From the NCBI GenBank assembly GCA_040389345.1, contig JAZKAE010000003.1:1-43474 (forward strand): a stretch of 43,474 nt of DNA. Direction: 5' to 3'. The position numbers and the translations under genes are program-made. The notes beneath the pieces are model-generated. The model ran no database searches. It was not told where the DNA came from and saw only the letters and a program-made list of their open reading frames with translations. How positions within the stretch are numbered: the first letter of the stretch is position 1; every line of letters begins with the position of its first letter. Shown in pieces: positions 41,492-43,474 of the stretch. The DNA is from Patescibacteria group bacterium. Lineage in GTDB: Bacteria; Patescibacteriota; Minisyncoccia; Phycocordibacterales; Zambryskibacteraceae.

Positions 41492-41755
41492 ATGCCAATC
41501 ACACGCTCAGCAAAAAAGGCCCTCCGCACTTCTGTACGAAAGCGCGCCTTTAACCAGGTCAGAAAGGACAATGTCCAAAAGACCGTCAAGTCTGTAAAGA
41601 AGCTTGTAGGAGAAGGGAAGAAGAAGGATGCAGCACAAGCTCTCCGACTCGCTCAAAAGGCCCTCGACAAAGCAGTCAAAGAAAAGACTATGAACAAGAA
41701 CGCCGCTTCGAGAAAGAAGTCTCGACTCTCGAGAATGATCAAAAAGGTCGCCTAA
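41492..41755 (+). CDS. rpsT: 30S ribosomal protein S20
   Basis: 87 aa from ATG 41492. MPITRSAKKALRTSVRKRAFN.. is the typical S20 N-terminus. Confidence 0.9.
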   Translation: MPITRSAKKALRTSVRKRAFNQVRKDNVQKTVKSVKKLVGEGKKKDAAQALRLAQKALDKAVKEKTMNKNAASRKKSRLSRMIKKVA

Positions 41756-41760
41756 CAAAA

Positions 41761-41783
41761 AACCGCCAAGAGGCGGATTTTTG
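41761..41783 (+). terminator. Intrinsic terminator of rpsT
   Basis: aaccgcc-aaga-ggcgg followed by atttttg. Confidence 0.6.
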
Positions 41784-41817
41784 TTATAAGATATACAGAG
41801 AAACCCTGGAGGGATTC

Positions 41818-42117
41818 ATGCCGAATACTGAACTAGAGCTCAGATTCAATGATCTCGAAGTGATGTGGAAAAAAGATACAGAAGAGACGAGCTCTATCCG
41901 AGAGATCATTACACATCCAGCGTATGAGGAAATTATGCGTATGGGAGAAGAGGCCGTGCCATTTATCCTAAGGTCGTTTCAGAAGGAGATCGATCATTGG
42001 GCCCCAGCCCTAATGACCATAGTTCAGGTTAATCCTGTTCCGCGGGAATCTGCGGGCAAGATGGAAAAAATCCGTGATGCCTGGATTAAGTGGGGCAGAG
42101 AAAATCGATATATTTAG
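41818..42117 (+). CDS. Hypothetical protein (99 aa)
   Basis: GGAGGG lies 6 nt upstream and its own terminator lies downstream. No motif recognised. Confidence 0.55.
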   Translation: MPNTELELRFNDLEVMWKKDTEETSSIREIITHPAYEEIMRMGEEAVPFILRSFQKEIDHWAPALMTIVQVNPVPRESAGKMEKIRDAWIKWGRENRYI

Positions 42118-42120
42118 TTC

Positions 42121-42141
42121 AACCGCTCTGGCGGTTTTTTT
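42121..42141 (+). terminator. Intrinsic terminator after ORF 41818-42117
   Basis: aaccgc-tctg-gcggtt followed by ttttt. Confidence 0.65.
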
Positions 42142-42149
42142 GTAATTAG

Positions 42150-42221
42150 TGCTCTCGCCAGGAATCGAACCTGGATCTTAACTTCCGCAAAGTTATGTCC
42201 TATCCATTGAACGACGAAAGC
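42150..42221 (-). tRNA. tRNA-Arg (anticodon GCG)
   Basis: Hand-folded from the reverse complement GCTTTCGTCGTTCAATGGATAGGACATAACTTTGCGGAAGTTAAGATCCAGGTTCGATTCCTGGCGAGAGCA. The acceptor is 7 bp (one G-U), the D arm is GTTC/GGAC, the anticodon arm is TAACT-TTGCGGA-AGTTA and the T arm is CCAGG-TTCGATT-CCTGG. CCA is not encoded. Confidence 0.8.
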
Positions 42222-42232
42222 AAGTGAGAAAC

Positions 42233-42256
42233 GGTAAGGAAACTCGTTTCCTTACC
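42233..42256 (-). terminator. Hairpin between the membrane-protein gene and tRNA-Arg (terminator or processing signal)
   Basis: ggtaaggaaa-ctcg-tttccttacc (10-bp stem). On the minus strand it is followed by gtttctc, and it ends only 11 nt before the tRNA 5' end. Confidence 0.35.
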
Positions 42257-42333
42257 TGTTTCGAATGCAGCTTCCGCAAGCCATAGGCTTACAGAAAAGC
42301 AGTCTTTCACGCGCAAACATTATCACAGAGGCT

Positions 42334-42804
42334 TTAAAACCCCAAATACTCAAGCACTACTTCTGCAAAGGGGAGCTTGTGGTATTCGGCAGGGAGGAAG
42401 CGCAAGAGAGTTTTCTCTAGTCGCTCCCAATCAATATTCTCTCCAAGCGGGACAATGATCAAAGGCATGAACATCTTCTTTGAACGAAGGATGATCTTTT
42501 TGTGTGGATGATCAGTGTCTATCCAAAATGATCGGAGAGTGCTGTAGAGATACTTCACGTTTTCTTTGCTGACGCCTTCTTCATCGACCACAATATGCAC
42601 GTGGTCTGGGAGTCTATTTATAAAGAGAGCGAGAGAAAAGGCAGAGAGAAGGACAAGGACCGCAAAGATGTAGTTGCCGAGGACGATCGAAGCGACCGCC
42701 ACAGCGACCGTGATGATCCCAACCGCCCAGAACCAATCTTCCGAACGTTCTTTGTGTTCGTATTCATGAGCATCCCATTCGATGATAAAGGTCTGACGTG
42801 CCAT
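42334..42804 (-). CDS. Hypothetical two-TM membrane protein
   Basis: 156 aa from ATG 42804 (MARQTFIIEWDAHEYEHKERSEDWFWAVGIITVAVAVASIVLGNYIFAVLVLLSAF). The upstream in-frame part of track ORF 42334..42969 crosses a terminator and a promoter and was discarded. Confidence 0.6.
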   Translation of the reverse strand: MARQTFIIEWDAHEYEHKERSEDWFWAVGIITVAVAVASIVLGNYIFAVLVLLSAFSLALFINRLPDHVHIVVDEEGVSKENVKYLYSTLRSFWIDTDHPHKKIILRSKKMFMPLIIVPLGENIDWERLEKTLLRFLPAEYHKLPFAEVVLEYLGF

Positions 42805-42811
42805 TACAAAA

Positions 42812-42820
42812 ATTGTAGCA
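42812..42820 (-). promoter_or_regulatory. Extended -10 TGcTACAAT, 7 nt before ATG 42804
   Basis: The minus strand reads ttctcaTGcTACAATttttgtaATG. Confidence 0.45.
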
Positions 42821-42828
42821 TGAGAATA

Positions 42829-42867
42829 TAAAAAGAAATCGCCAAGCGCGCGGTGCGCGCTTGGCGA
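42829..42867 (-). terminator. Strong intrinsic terminator after ORF 42897-43427
   Basis: The minus strand reads tcgccaagcgcgc-acc-gcgcgcttggcga (13-bp GC-rich stem) followed by tttcttttt. Confidence 0.75.
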
Positions 42868-42896
42868 TGGTGAGACTGCTCCGACCCGACCTTGAG

Positions 42897-43427
42897 CTAG
42901 TAGCTCACAGCGAGACGGTTTGCAAACTCTTCGTGAACAACCTTGAGGACCAGATGATCGAGGCCCCACTTTGGGTTGCCGTTGAGGACGAGGAACAGGA
43001 TGTCCGCACCGTATGCGCCGTAGTGGATGTGGCCCGTGTAGTTGTCGTCGGCATGCTTGCCGGCGAAGTCGTACGAGAGCTGAAGGATAGGCGAGTGGTG
43101 GAGGGCGGAAGCCTTTCTGTACATCATGATTGAGAAGCTTCCTCCGTTGTCCTCGATCTTCGAGATTAGGAGGCCCAACTTCTCGTACTCAGCGAACTCC
43201 TGCTTGAGCCAGTTGAAGACTTGGCGACCGTGGTTCAGCTGGTGGTCACGTACCTTGCACCGCTCGTCCGCTTCGCGTGCCTCCTTCTGCTTGTTATACG
43301 CAGTAGCGTAACGGGCATCGCGCCAGGTCTTGATCCTCTCGAGGACCGGAAGGATGACGGCGAATGCCAGTCCTACGCCGACGGCCACAAGCCCGATCGT
43401 GATCCATGGGTTGGATTGGTAGGTCAT
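42897..43427 (-). CDS. GC-rich hypothetical protein with an N-terminal TM anchor
   Basis: 176 aa with GAGGA 5 nt upstream. The N-terminal helix is WITIGLVAVGVGLAFAVILPVL. No motif recognised. Confidence 0.55.
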   Translation of the reverse strand: MTYQSNPWITIGLVAVGVGLAFAVILPVLERIKTWRDARYATAYNKQKEAREADERCKVRDHQLNHGRQVFNWLKQEFAEYEKLGLLISKIEDNGGSFSIMMYRKASALHHSPILQLSYDFAGKHADDNYTGHIHYGAYGADILFLVLNGNPKWGLDHLVLKVVHEEFANRLAVSY

Positions 43428-43474
43428 ACTATCCTCTAGGTGTTAGGGAATTCCGATCCCCGGGCGGTTGAGGG

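Noticed and set aside
42183-42279. 9-nt repeat cttccgcaa, present inside tRNA-Arg (about 42183-42191) and again at about 42271-42279. It was considered as a possible att-type duplication.
   Set aside because: It is only 9 nt, does not include the tRNA 3' end, and no integrase is adjacent. It is compatible with chance.
1-43474. CRISPR arrays, rRNA genes, IS elements or transposases, long direct or inverted repeats
   Set aside because: Reading both strands, I saw no regularly spaced repeats, no transposase-like ORF and no rRNA-like sequence. A computational repeat search would be needed to exclude short dispersed repeats.
1-43474. Alternative genetic code (UGA recoding, as in some CPR lineages)
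   Set aside because: Well-conserved genes end at TGA or TAA at the expected lengths (for example NUDIX, ORF 39109 and DUF721 end in TGA). No conserved gene is interrupted by in-frame TGA.

Overview
Gene-dense chromosomal segment of a small-genome bacterium. It is probably a Patescibacteria/CPR-type organism. That is an inference from the short YidC, the domain-reduced YebC, PolA and MurE, and a CPR-style pilin-like protein. The standard genetic code applies, since TGA and TAA act as stops.

The window spans the replication origin. rpmH-rnpA-yidC lie on the minus strand and dnaA-dnaN-DUF721 on the plus strand. Six DnaA-box-like 9-mers (TTATCCCCA / ATATCCACA type) and an AT-rich tract sit between dnaA and dnaN.

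Housekeeping content:
- Left part: nusA (5' end only), a Xer-type recombinase, rpsO, an NYN-domain protein, a DksA/TraR-like protein, comM/yifB, a NUDIX hydrolase, a LysM-M23 peptidase, pcrA/uvrD and rsmA.
- Middle: a class A PBP, tyrS, ruvB-yebC-ruvC, a lone pilB-like ATPase, tsaE and polA.
- Right part: tRNA-Lys(UUU), DoxX, a SpoU/TrmH methyltransferase, mutM, murE, ruvA, rpsT and tRNA-Arg(GCG).

The stand-out is an 11-gene, ~11 kb plus-strand operon (9736-20709). It encodes a type IV secretion-like apparatus:
- VirB4 ATPase
- PrgI/VirB3-like protein
- VirB6/TrbL-like protein
- a pilin-like domain fused to a putative LAS/M15-type wall hydrolase
- a free-standing VirB4-N-terminal-like protein
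- six unknown, mostly exported proteins

No coupling protein, relaxase, VirB11 or integrase is present, and the operon is embedded in core genes next to oriC.

Other notable points:
- A recurrent promoter architecture places a (TGn)TAnnnT -10 element 6-8 nt before the ATG, which implies leaderless mRNAs.
- Three self-contained, GC3-rich single-gene cassettes carry canonical Shine-Dalgarno sites and strong terminators, so they are probably acquired.
- An ORF starts 1 nt after tRNA-Lys.
- The tRNA-Arg has a G34 (GCG) anticodon.
- There is a hyper-acidic 71-aa ORF.

No CRISPR array, rRNA or transposon was seen.
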